From Nemertoderma westbladi (Eukaryota > Animalia > Xenacoelomorpha), in contig JAUCBJ010002797.1 in the NCBI GenBank assembly GCA_032718475.1, forward strand, positions 1 to 38,887: 38,887 nucleotides of DNA, read 5' to 3'. Of the stretch, positions 15,001-26,296 are shown piece after piece (position 1 is the stretch's first letter; every line of letters begins with the position of its first letter). The notes beneath the pieces are model-generated. The model made no database searches, had not been told where the DNA came from, and saw only the letters and a program-made list of their open reading frames with translations. The position numbers and the translations under genes are program-made.

Positions 15001-18000
15001 TGTGTGGTTTTCTAAGCGTTATTAATCCTGAACCTATCCTTACGTACCAGATATTGTCTGTGTGGTTTTCTAAGCGTTATTAATCCTGAACCTATCCATA
15101 CGTACCAGATATTGTCTGTGTGGTTTTCTAAGCGTTATTAATCCTGAACCTATCCTTACGTACCAGATATTGTCTGTGTGGTTTTCTAAGCGTTATTAAT
15201 CCTGAACCATCCTTACGTACCAGATATTGTCTGTGTGGTTTTCTAAGCGTTATTAATCCTGAACCTATCCATACGTACCAGATATTGTCTGTGTGGTTTT
15301 CTAAGCGTTATTAATCCTGAACCTATCCTTACGTACCAGATATTGTCTGTGTGGTTTTCTAAGCGTTATTAATCCTGAACCTATCCATACGTACCAGATA
15401 TTGTCTGTGTGGTTTTCTAAGCGTTATTAATCCTGAACCTATCCTTACGTACCAGATATTGTCTGTGTGGTTTTCTAAGCGTTATTAATCCTGAACCTAT
15501 CCTTACGTACCAGATATTGTCTGTGTGGTTTTCTAAGCGTTATTAATCCTGAACCTATCCATACGTACCAGATATTGTCTGTGTGGTTTTCTAAGCGTTA
15601 TTAATCCTGAACCATCCTTACGTACCAGATATTGTCTGTGTGGTTTTCTAAGCGTTATTAATCCTGAACCTATCCTTACGTACCAGATATTGTCTGTGTG
15701 GTTTTCTAAGCGTTATTAATCCTGAACCTATCCTTACGTACCAGATATTGTCTGTGTGGTTTTCTAAGCGTTATTAATCCTGAACCATCCTTACGTACCA
15801 GATATTGTCTGTGTGGTTTTCTAAGCGTTATTAATCCTGAACCATCCTTACGTACCAGATATTGTCTGTGTGGTTTTCTAAGCGTTATTAATCCTGAACC
15901 ATCCTTACGTACCAGATATTGTCTGTGTGGTTTTCTAAGCGTTATTAATCCTGAACCTATCCTTACGTACCAGATATTGTCTGTGTGGTTTTCTAAGCGT
16001 TATTAATCCTGAACCATCCTTACGTACCAGATATTGTCTGTGTGGTTTTCTAAGCGTTATTAATCCTGAACCTATCCTTACGTACCAGATATTGTCTGTG
16101 TGGTTTTCTAAGCGTTATTAATCCTGAACCATCCTTACGTACCAGATATTGTCTGTGTGGTTTTCTAAGCGTTATTAATCCTGAACCATCCTTACGTACC
16201 AGATATTGTCTGTGTGGTTTTCTAAGCGTTATTAATCCTGAACCATCCTTACGTACCAGATATTGTCTGTGTGGTTTTCTAAGCGTTATTAATCCTGAAC
16301 CATCCTTACGTACCAGATATTGTCTGTGTGGTTTTCTAAGCGTTATTAATCCTGAACCATCCTTACGTACCAGATATTGTCTGTGTGGTTTTCTAAGCGT
16401 TATTAATCCTGAACCATCCTTACGTACCAGATATTGTCTGTGTGGTTTTCTAAGCGTTATTAATCCTGAACCATCCTTACGTACCAGATATTGTCTGTGT
16501 GGTTTTCTAAGCGTTATTAATCCTGAACCATCCTTACGTACCAGATATTGTCTGTGTGGTTTTCTAAGCGTTATTAATCCTGAACCATCCTTACGTACCA
16601 GATATTGTCTGTGTGGTTTTCTAAGCGTTATTAATCCTGAACCTATCCTTACGTACCAGATATTGTCTGTGTGGTTTTCTAAGCGTTATTAATCCTGAAC
16701 CATCCTTACGTACCAGATATTGTCTGTGTGGTTTTCTAAGCGTTATTAATCCTGAACCTATCCTTACGTACCAGATATTGTCTGTGTGGTTTTCTAAGCG
16801 TTATTAATCCTGAACCATCCTTACGTACCAGATATTGTCTGTGTGGTTTTCTAAGCGTTATTAATCCTGAACCATCCTTACGTACCAGATATTGTCTGTG
16901 TGGTTTTCTAAGCGTTATTAATCCTGAACCATCCTTACGTACCAGATATTGTCTGTGTGGTTTTCTAAGCGTTATTAATCCTGAACCTATCCTTACGTAC
17001 CAGATATTGTCTGTGTGGTTTTCTAAGCGTTATTAATCCTGAACCATCCATACGTACCAGATATTGTCTGTGTGGTTTTCTAAGCGTTATTAATCCTGAA
17101 CCATCCTTACGTACCAGATATTGTCTGTGTGGTTTTCTAAGCGTTATTAATCCTGAACCATCCTTACGTACCAGATATTGTCTGTGTGGTTTTCTAAGCG
17201 TTATTAATCCTGAACCATCCTTACGTACCAGATATTGTCTGTGTGGTTTTCTAAGCGTTATTAATCCTGAACCATCCTTACGTACCAGATATTGTCTGTG
17301 TGGTTTTCTAAGCGTTATTAATCCTGAACCATCCTTACGTACCAGATATTGTCTGTGTGGTTTTCTAAGCGTTATTAATCCTGAACCATCCTTACGTACC
17401 AGATATTGTCTGTGTGGTTTTCTAAGCGTTATTAATCCTGAACCATCCTTACGTACCAGATATTGTCTGTGTGGTTTTCTAAGCGTTATTAATCCTGAAC
17501 CATCCTTACGTACCAGATATTGTCTGTGTGGTTTTCTAAGCGTTATTAATCCTGAACCTATCCTTACGTACCAGATATTGTCTGTGTGGTTTTCTAAGCG
17601 TTATTAATCCTGAACCATCCTTACGTACCAGATATTGTCTGTGTGGTTTTCTAAGCGTTATTAATCCTGAACCATCCTTACGTACCAGATATTGTCTGTG
17701 TGGTTTTCTAAGCGTTATTAATCCTGAACCATCCTTACGTACCAGATATTGTCTGTGTGGTTTTCTAAGCGTTATTAATCCTGAACCATCCTTACGTACC
17801 AGATATTGTCTGTGTGGTTTTCTAAGCGTTATTAATCCTGAACCATCCTTACGTACCAGATATTGTCTGTGTGGTTTTCTAAGCGTTATTAATCCTGAAC
17901 CATCCTTACGTACCAGATATTGTCTGTGTGGTTTTCTAAGCGTTATTAATCCTGAACCATCCTTACGTACCAGATATTGTCTGTGTGGTTTTCTAAGCGT

Positions 18001-21000
18001 TATTAATCCTGAACCATCCTTACGTACCAGATATTGTCTGTGTGGTTTTCTAAGCGTTATTAATCCTGAACCATCCTTACGTACCAGATATTGTCTGTGT
18101 GGTTTTCTAAGCGTTATTAATCCTGAACCATCCTTACGTACCAGATATTGTCTGTGTGGTTTTCTAAGCGTTATTAATCCTGAACCATCCTTACGTACCA
18201 GATATTGTCTGTGTGGTTTTCTAAGCGTTATTAATCCTGAACCATCCTTACGTACCAGATATTGTCTGTGTGGTTTTCTAAGCGTTATTAATCCTGAACC
18301 ATCCTTACGTACCAGATATTGTCTGTGTGGTTTTCTAAGCGTTATTAATCCTGAACCATCCTTACGTACCAGATATTGTCTGTGTGGTTTTCTAAGCGTT
18401 ATTAATCCTGAACCATCCTTACGTACCAGATATTGTCTGTGTGGTTTTCTAAGCGTTATTAATCCTGAACCATCCTTACGTACCAGATATTGTCTGTGTG
18501 GTTTTCTAAGCGTTATTAATCCTGAACCATCCTTACGTACCAGATATTGTCTGTGTGGTTTTCTAAGCGTTATTAATCCTGAACCATCCTTACGTACCAG
18601 ATATTGTCTGTGTGGTTTTCTAAGCGTTATTAATCCTGAACCATCCTTACGTACCAGATATTGTCTGTGTGGTTTTCTAAGCGTTATTAATCCTGAACCA
18701 TCCTTACGTACCAGATATTGTCTGTGTGGTTTTCTAAGCGTTATTAATCCTGAACCATCCTTACGTACCAGATATTGTCTGTGTGGTTTTCTAAGCGTTA
18801 TTAATCCTGAACCATCCTTACGTACCAGATATTGTCTGTGTGGTTTTCTAAGCGTTATTAATCCTGAACCATCCTTACGTACCAGATATTGTCTGTGTGG
18901 TTTTCTAAGCGTTATTAATCCTGAACCATCCTTACGTACCAGATATTGTCTGTGTGGTTTTCTAAGCGTTATTAATCCTGAACCATCCTTACGTACCAGA
19001 TATTGTCTGTGTGGTTTTCTAAGCGTTATTAATCCTGAACCATCCTTACGTACCAGATATTGTCTGTGTGGTTTTCTAAGCGTTATTAATCCTGAACCAT
19101 CCTTACGTACCAGATATTGTCTGTGTGGTTTTCTAAGCGTTATTAATCCTGAACCATCCTTACGTACCAGATATTGTCTGTGTGGTTTTCTAAGCGTTAT
19201 TAATCCTGAACCATCCTTACGTACCAGATATTGTCTGTGTGGTTTTCTAAGCGTTATTAATCCTGAACCATCCTTACGTACCAGATATTGTCTGTGTGGT
19301 TTTCTAAGCGTTATTAATCCTGAACCATCCTTACGTACCAGATATTGTCTGTGTGGTTTTCTAAGCGTTATTAATCCTGAACCATCCTTACGTACCAGAT
19401 ATTGTCTGTGTGGTTTTCTAAGCGTTATTAATCCTGAACCATCCTTACGTACCAGATATTGTCTGTGTGGTTTTCTAAGCGTTATTAATCCTGAACCATC
19501 CTTACGTACCAGATATTGTCTGTGTGGTTTTCTAAGCGTTATTAATCCTGAACCATCCTTACGTACCAGATATTGTCTGTGTGGTTTTCTAAGCGTTATT
19601 AATCCTGAACCATCCTTACGTACCAGATATTGTCTGTGTGGTTTTCTAAGCGTTATTAATCCTGAACCATCCTTACGTACCAGATATTGTCTGTGTGGTT
19701 TTCTAAGCGTTATTAATCCTGAACCATCCTTACGTACCAGATATTGTCTGTGTGGTTTTCTAAGCGTTATTAATCCTGAACCATCCTTACGTACCAGATA
19801 TTGTCTGTGTGGTTTTCTAAGCGTTATTAATCCTGAACCATCCTTACGTACCAGATATTGTCTGTGTGGTTTTCTAAGCGTTATTAATCCTGAACCATCC
19901 TTACGTACCAGATATTGTCTGTGTGGTTTTCTAAGCGTTATTAATCCTGAACCATCCTTACGTACCAGATATTGTCTGTGTGGTTTTCTAAGCGTTATTA
20001 ATCCTGAACCATCCTTACGTACCAGATATTGTCTGTGTGGTTTTCTAAGCGTTATTAATCCTGAACCATCCTTACGTACCAGATATTGTCTGTGTGGTTT
20101 TCTAAGCGTTATTAATCCTGAACCATCCTTACGTACCAGATATTGTCTGTGTGGTTTTCTAAGCGTTATTAATCCTGAACCATCCTTACGTACCAGATAT
20201 TGTCTGTGTGGTTTTCTAAGCGTTATTAATCCTGAACCATCCTTACGTACCAGATATTGTCTGTGTGGTTTTCTAAGCGTTATTAATCCTGAACCATCCT
20301 TACGTACCAGATATTGTCTGTGTGGTTTTCTAAGCGTTATTAATCCTGAACCATCCTTACGTACCAGATATTGTCTGTGTGGTTTTCTAAGCGTTATTAA
20401 TCCTGAACCATCCTTACGTACCAGATATTGTCTGTGTGGTTTTCTAAGCGTTATTAATCCTGAACCATCCTTACGTACCAGATATTGTCTGTGTGGTTTT
20501 CTAAGCGTTATTAATCCTGAACCATCCTTACGTACCAGATATTGTCTGTGTGGTTTTCTAAGCGTTATTAATCCTGAACCATCCTTACGTACCAGATATT
20601 GTCTGTGTGGTTTTCTAAGCGTTATTAATCCTGAACCATCCTTACGTACCAGATATTGTCTGTGTGGTTTTCTAAGCGTTATTAATCCTGAACCATCCAT
20701 ACGTACCAGATATTGTCTGTGTGGTTTTCTAAGCGTTATTAATCCTGAACCATCCTTACGTACGAGATATTGTCTGTGTGGTTTTCTAAGCGTTATTAAT
20801 CCTGAACCATCCTTACGTACCAGATATTGTCTGTGTGGTTTTCTAAGCGTTATTAATCCTGAACCATCCATACGTACCAGATATTGTCTGTGTGGTTTTC
20901 TAAGCGTTATTAATCCTGAACCATCCTTACGTACGAGATATTGTCTGTGTGGTTTTCTAAGCGTTATTAATCCTGAACCATCCATACGTACCAGATATTG

Positions 21001-21066
21001 TCTGTGTGGTTTTCTAAGCGTTATTAATCCTGAACCATCCTTACGTACCAGATATTGTCTGTGTGG
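1..21066. repeat. Large tandem array (satellite) of a 57/58-bp unit derived from Gypsy integrase coding sequence; about 365 copies, open at the left window edge
   Basis: Unit CAGATATTGTCTGTGTGGTTTTCTAAGCGTTATTAATCCTGAACC(T)ATCC[T/A]TACGTAC repeats head-to-tail with no spacers. The only recurrent variants are +/-T, T/A and TACC/TACG. The minus strand of the 57-bp form reads KPHRQYLVR(K/M)DGSGLITLR and is continuous with the integrase at 21067. Confidence 0.98.
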
Positions 21067-21585
21067 CTTCTTTTCTACGACAATTCCCGTTTTTTGCCAC
21101 TTGTTTGGAATATTGCCACGTTGATTTTGGACCAATACGGATTGTCCCATTTGTAATGGTTTTAATTCTTGTGTATGGGCATTCAATCTCTCGAGTTCCC
21201 GCATATGTCTTCTAGCTAGAGCTACTTATCTGTCCATGGCTGCAATTCGCCTCGTTTCTAATCTTGAAGTCTCCTTCACGAACTGGCTGGAAATCTTTGA
21301 GTTGTCGGCCGAATATAATTTGTGCCGGAGATAAATTGATATCCTGTAGTGGTGTATAACGATATTGCAGTAATGCTCTTGCCATTCTATCATTGTCTAG
21401 TGTGCCATGTGGACCTGTGTTCTCGAAGATCATTCTCTTAGCAGTTTTAACACCGAGTTCTTCTCTACACTTGCTATGTGGGTAAGCCACTGAAGAGAGA
21501 CGGTGCCACACTCCCCAATTGCGTAAGAATCGCTGTGTATCATTTGATGTGAATGAAGGTCCACCATCAGTTGCGATTTCGTTTC
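21067..21585 (-). pseudogene. pol: Integrase core (second D and E region) and C-terminal module, frameshifted
   Basis: EIATDGGPSFTSNDTQRFLRNWGVWHRLSSVAYPHSKCREELGVKTAKRMI...ALLQYRYTP...SPAQIIFGRQLKD, then a frame change to LKPLQMGQSVLVQNQ. Confidence 0.9.
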
Positions 21586-21609
21586 AGTTTTCGATGTTTT
21601 TCGATGTTA

Positions 21610-22175
21610 ATTTAATTTCGTCATAGCGGTGAGTTTAAGCATCTCCAGATGCAATACATCCATGTGGTGATGTTCTATAACGATAAGTACCCCATGGGGT
21701 GATGAAAGTGGTTAGCTTTCGTGATTCTGGATCTAGTTAACACTGAATGGTATCCATTCCATGCATCCAATACAGTCTTCTTAGTATCTGGTGGAATGCT
21801 CATGGCTGCTTGATGATACGGTGATATGGTGTGATGGGTTTGGCGGATGGAATTGTTATTCAAGGGTTGATAATCAATTGTTCGTCGTGGAGTTCCATCT
21901 TTCTTGGGAACTATGAGCATACGATGTATCCAATCTGCTGGTGTGTTTACAGGAACTTTTCTAAAACTCCAAGATTGCAATCCCTAATGAGGTCATTTTT
22001 TACTTTGTCTTGGAAATGAATTGGTATTGGTATAGGGATGTGGACTGCAACAGGAGATGCATCAGGCTTTAATACTATCTTAAGTGGTTCGCCATGCATC
22101 CGGGGAAGAGGCTGATGCTCACATGTGTTGAATGCTGATGACCCGTAATAATCGAGATTCCATGATGCTAACTTA
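21610..22175 (-). pseudogene. pol: Reverse transcriptase N-terminal half, truncated before the YxDD box
   Basis: PKKDGTPRRTIDYQPLN, VLDAWNGYHSV and (other frame) FITPWGTYRYRTSPHGCIASGDA*THRYDEI, after which similarity jumps to the integrase. Confidence 0.88.
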
Positions 22176-22778
22176 TCAGTATCTGAGGTATTGAAAGGGA
22201 GTGCATTTGGTAGAGGGGGTGGCTTGGATCTCAGCAGACAACCGCACTCTGGCTAACTGATTGTTGGTTGCATTTATGTCATGTACCTTAGCATTTCCTT
22301 GTATTGTGGCTAATGACGTTGTTGAGGAACATTTTGGAAAGTTTGGGGATATAATATATAAATCAATGCAATAAATACCCTTACACTCCTTTGCGAAATA
22401 GTAGAGTTGATTTGTTGAAACATAAGGCTTTCTCCGCAAAGCAGGTGATATTTTCAAGAATGCTGCCCCCAATATATTCATTTTCATATCACCAGCAGTG
22501 CTGATGTTCTTTGTCACAGGTATTAAATGTTTATGTTCAATGCCTAATGTTTGCATTACGTCTGGCCCAGCAACAGTTACTTGGGCACCTGTATCAGCAC
22601 AACTTGATATAATCACGCTTCGTCTTCGTTTAACTTGATTTATAGATGATTCTTGATGCATTTCCTTATGTGCCTTTACCAGTAGCTCAATAGAGACATT
22701 TAGATACGGCAGTGATGGCTTCTTCTTGATCCAGCTCATTTCTTTGCTCCACTCAACGTGGTTTGAATTTAAACCCAT
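22176..22778 (-). pseudogene. pol: Retropepsin-like aspartic protease region of pol
   Basis: Catalytic motif ADTGAQVTVAG, with downstream KMNILGAAFL. Confidence 0.85.
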
Positions 22779-22799
22779 TTCCGTGTGAAGTTATACCAG

Positions 22800-23232
22800 C
22801 TACGGTAGGGAGTAACATGAAACATGCGTAATCTGCCTCATCATCGGTCTTGACACTTTGACATGTTCTTGTCTCTCGTTCTGGCAGACTGACTTAAATG
22901 TGTTTATCTTTTTATCCCATGCAGGGCAATTCTCAGATCGTGCTTTCGCACCTGGGAATTTTCCATGACCCTGCTGCCCGCAATATGTATATTTCAGTTC
23001 AAGTCTTGGACCGTTTTGATTTGGGGGTGTTTGACAATGGCTTTTCATATGCTTATAGTCTGACTTGTGTGCATTAACGGTTGTGGTACTGCTAACTGTT
23101 ATATCTTTTGTCAATATAGACTGGGCTAACCTAACTTTTTCCTCTGCTTCAGCCTAAATGACAACATCAGTTAATGGTACAGCCATAGCAGCTTTGAACC
23201 AATTGCCAATATTTTAGCTTGAGTATCAAGTC
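22800..23232 (-). pseudogene. gag: gag C-terminal remnant with decayed zinc knuckle
   Basis: YTYCGQQGHGKFPGAKARSENCPAWDKK lies just upstream of the protease. The reading frame is broken and the 5' part ends at the AT-rich region. Confidence 0.7.
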
Positions 23233-23236
23233 GAGC

Positions 23237-24795
23237 TTTTTTTTATATAATTAAAAAAAATACTAGCTAATAAAAAAAACACTAGCTACCATAAAAAACA
23301 TATCTACTAATGTTCTAGAATAGGCCTACATACCAATAAAAAAATCAAAAATATTACCGTATTTTAAAGATTTTAATATTTTTAAATTTTTTAGGGAATA
23401 TTTCCGTATGCAGTTGCATTTTTATAACATAAATCATTGTTACCATAGCAACATTGTAGAGTTCTAGAACAAAATATTATTATTATACACTGTTCTAGAA
23501 CATAAATAAAATAAAAAATATAATGTTCTGGAACATATACGGTAGCTAGTCATTTTTCAAATTTAAGATGGCTAGTAATTAAAAAAACTACATTTTTATA
23601 ACATAAATCATTGTTACCATTCAAAAAATGTAAACTGCTATAATACCATCAATGTTTTTTTGGTCATTAATATATTCTGCATCAGTTTAAACCTGAAATA
23701 TCAATATGTTTTACATATTTTTATAATTACAAAAAATACTAGCTCGTAAAAAAAACACTAGCTACCATAAATAAACATATCTAATAATGTTCTAGAACAC
23801 AAAAAATTACAGTATTTTTAGAAATTTCAAAAAAATGTTTTGAAAAATTTCTAGCTAGTCGATTAGCTTTAATGTTCTAGAACACAATTTTTTTTTTGAA
23901 AAATTTTGCAATGAAGTCAGTGGTGAAATTACTATGCAAAAAGTACATCATTTCATTAATTAATATCAAAATATCAAATGCGACTGCATACGGAACTCTA
24001 GCCAACTTTTTATATAATTTAAAAAAATACTAGCTAATAAGGTTAGGTGCTAGTATAGTATGTATAACCATATCCTGCCTATTTTATAGCTGTTTTTGAC
24101 TATTGAATTATGTTCTGGAACATATTGTGGACTCATTTACATTTTTTTGAAATTATATAAAAAATGTGCAAACTGATATTTCAGGTTTAAACTGTTGCAG
24201 AATAAATTAATGACCAAAAATTTTATTTTATTAAATTTTAATTATAATTTTGTTTACATTTTCCAAAAATACTAGCTACTGTACCATAAAAAAAATATCT
24301 AATAAGGTTAATAATAAATCACCAATATAAAAAAAAACACTCAAAAACAAAGCAAAAAAAGTAGGCCTAACTATTATAATATATAAAAACTCTTTTTTTA
24401 TAGCTGTTTTATAGCTGTTTTTGACTATTGATTTATGTTCTGGAACATATTGTGGACTCATTACATGATAGATTTTTGTGATTGTGGTGATTTTGATAGA
24501 AGCTAGTGTTTTTTTCATTATAGCTATTTTAACTATACTATTGATTAACTATAGCTACCATAAAAAAACATATCTACTAATGTTCTAGAATACATCCAAT
24601 AACAAAATTCAAAAATATTACCATATTTTAAAATTTTTTGAATTTTTTCACATTTTTATATAATTAAAAAAATATACTAGCTAATAAAAAAAAACAGTAG
24701 TTACCATAAAAAAAACATATCGACTAATGTTCTAGAATACATACCAATAACAAAAATCAAAAAATATTGCCGTATTTTTAAAATTTGAAAAATGG
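23237..24795. repeat. AT-rich mosaic repeat built from shuffled direct and inverted modules (probably decayed non-autonomous DNA element(s))
   Basis: Module ...AAAATACTAGCT...TAGCTACCATAAAAAACATATCTACTAATGTTCTAGAA recurs in whole or part near 23240, 23720, 24010, 24550 and 24655. Inverted pairs occur at 23402-23421/23976-23995 and 23657-23703/24174-24220. A direct pair occurs at about 24085-24140/24408-24465. Confidence 0.7.
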
Positions 24796-24900
24796 TCACC
24801 CAAGCTATTATACCAGTGCCATTAGTTTAGTTTAGGCCTATTGCATTGTGGTGGGTTCACGATTTGAAATATCTGGGCAGTAGAACATCAGCCTCATAAT

Positions 24901-25992
24901 ATGGATGATAACGGAATGGAACATACATACCACATCTTATGGAGTATTACTGGTATTGATTTTAGTACATTGGAATATTCTAATAATATAGATAGCGTTA
25001 GTGGGTCTGAAACTGGCAATGATCATTTGCCTCCTTTAATACCAGCAACAATTAATTCCAATTTGCAACCAATTAGTATTGGCTCACAACATCAAAATGT
25101 GGAAAACCCCTGCGTTTCAACGGGTATATTACCAAGTGTTGTCGGCATGGGTTGTAGTAGATTAATAATTGATGACAATAGATCAGCAAATGCTACCATT
25201 ATGGATACCGTTAATAGTGGAACAGTACCTGTAAGTGGTACAAGTATGGATACCAGCACCGGTAGTGGGTTATCACATTCGGGAAGCCGGCTATTCAAAG
25301 GAAAGGGAGACCTAACACAACAGAAGCAGGCACATTCGGATGAGGGGCGGTTTGTATGTCATATTGATGCTTGCCAGAAGCGTTACAAAAATAGTAGCTG
25401 CTTATCCGTACACAAACAGAAGCATTCGGATAAGCCGAAGTTTGTTTGTGAAACTTGCGGGAAGAAATTCTCTACAAAGCCAAATCTGTATAAACACAAG
25501 AAAATACACACCGACGTGAGGGCGTTTGTATGTAAAATTTGCAGTAAGCAATTTAAAACAAAGGAAGTTCTAACCCAACACGAACGGACGCATTCGGATG
25601 TGAAGGCGTTTGCATGTAATATTGATACTTGCCAGAAGAGATACAAAACAAGTAGAGCCTTAAAGACACACAAGCAGATACACGCAGATGAGCCGAAGTT
25701 TGTATGTGAAACTTGCGGGAAGAAATTCTCTACAAAGCCAAATCTGTATAAACACAAGACGATACACACCTACGTGAGGGCGTATGTATGTAAAATTTGC
25801 AGTAAGCCATTTAAAACAAAGGATGTTCTAAAAAAACACGAATGGACGCATTCGGATGTGAAGGCGTTTGCATGTAATATTGATACTTGCCAGAAGAGAT
25901 ACAAAACAAGTATAGCCTTAAACAGACACAAAAAGATGATTCATTCTGCAGAGCAGCCCGATGTATGCGACAGCTCAGCAGGAATGGATTAG
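24901..25992 (+). CDS. Intronless C2H2 zinc-finger protein (363 aa, seven tandem fingers)
   Basis: Open ATG-to-TAG frame with a Ser/Thr-rich N-terminus followed by seven F/Y-x-C-x2/4-C-x12-H-x3/4-H fingers. Fingers repeat with a 258-bp (three-finger) period, for example 25441 vs 25699. Confidence 0.88.
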   Translation: MDDNGMEHTYHILWSITGIDFSTLEYSNNIDSVSGSETGNDHLPPLIPATINSNLQPISIGSQHQNVENPCVSTGILPSVVGMGCSRLIIDDNRSANATIMDTVNSGTVPVSGTSMDTSTGSGLSHSGSRLFKGKGDLTQQKQAHSDEGRFVCHIDACQKRYKNSSCLSVHKQKHSDKPKFVCETCGKKFSTKPNLYKHKKIHTDVRAFVCKICSKQFKTKEVLTQHERTHSDVKAFACNIDTCQKRYKTSRALKTHKQIHADEPKFVCETCGKKFSTKPNLYKHKTIHTYVRAYVCKICSKPFKTKDVLKKHEWTHSDVKAFACNIDTCQKRYKTSIALNRHKKMIHSAEQPDVCDSSAGMD

Positions 25993-26296
25993 GGATGAAT
26001 AACGTTTAACATCCACAAATGGATTCACCCAGGAGCACAGGAACGTATACGATAACTGTGTGTTGTGTTGGGCATCCCACTGAAGATAAACTTTAAAAAA
26101 AATATAAAAAAAATATAGGATTGCGGTTTTATTCTACTATAATAATTATTTATCTATAGAAGACATTATAATCTATTGTATCTTCTAAAGTAATAGGTTT
26201 TCCCGCTTTCGTTATATTATTATAAGTTTAGAATCCAGTAATCAATTAAACAGTTAAACCGTTGTATATTAATGTAGGAAACCTAGCTGAAGCTAC

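Larger units (their letters stand above)
21067..23232 (-). mobile_element. Degenerate, internally deleted Ty3/Gypsy LTR retrotransposon (gag-pro-RT fragment-integrase), with no LTR visible
   Basis: Domain order on the minus strand is: gag knuckle remnant (YCGQQGH...CPAW), aspartic protease (ADTGAQVTV), RT N-half (IVPKKDGTPRRTIDYQPLN, LDAWNGYHSV, FITPWGTYRY), integrase core (TDGGPSFTS...LSSVAYPHS..EELGVKTAKR) and C-terminal module (LKPLQMGQSVLVQNQ..KWQKTGIVVE). RT before IN is the Gypsy/Bel order and the motifs are Gypsy-like. There are several stops and frameshifts. Confidence 0.93.

Noticed and set aside
1-21066. CRISPR-like array
   Set aside because: Units are contiguous with no unique spacers, there are no cas genes, and the context is eukaryotic.
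17536-21204. 1222-aa repeat-protein ORF
   Set aside because: It is a by-product of a stop-free 57-bp (19-codon) unit fused to a frameshifted, dead integrase. Nothing suggests a real gene, although translation cannot be excluded without expression data.
25092-25769. Antisense ORFs over the zinc-finger gene
   Set aside because: They are shadow frames of the real plus-strand CDS.
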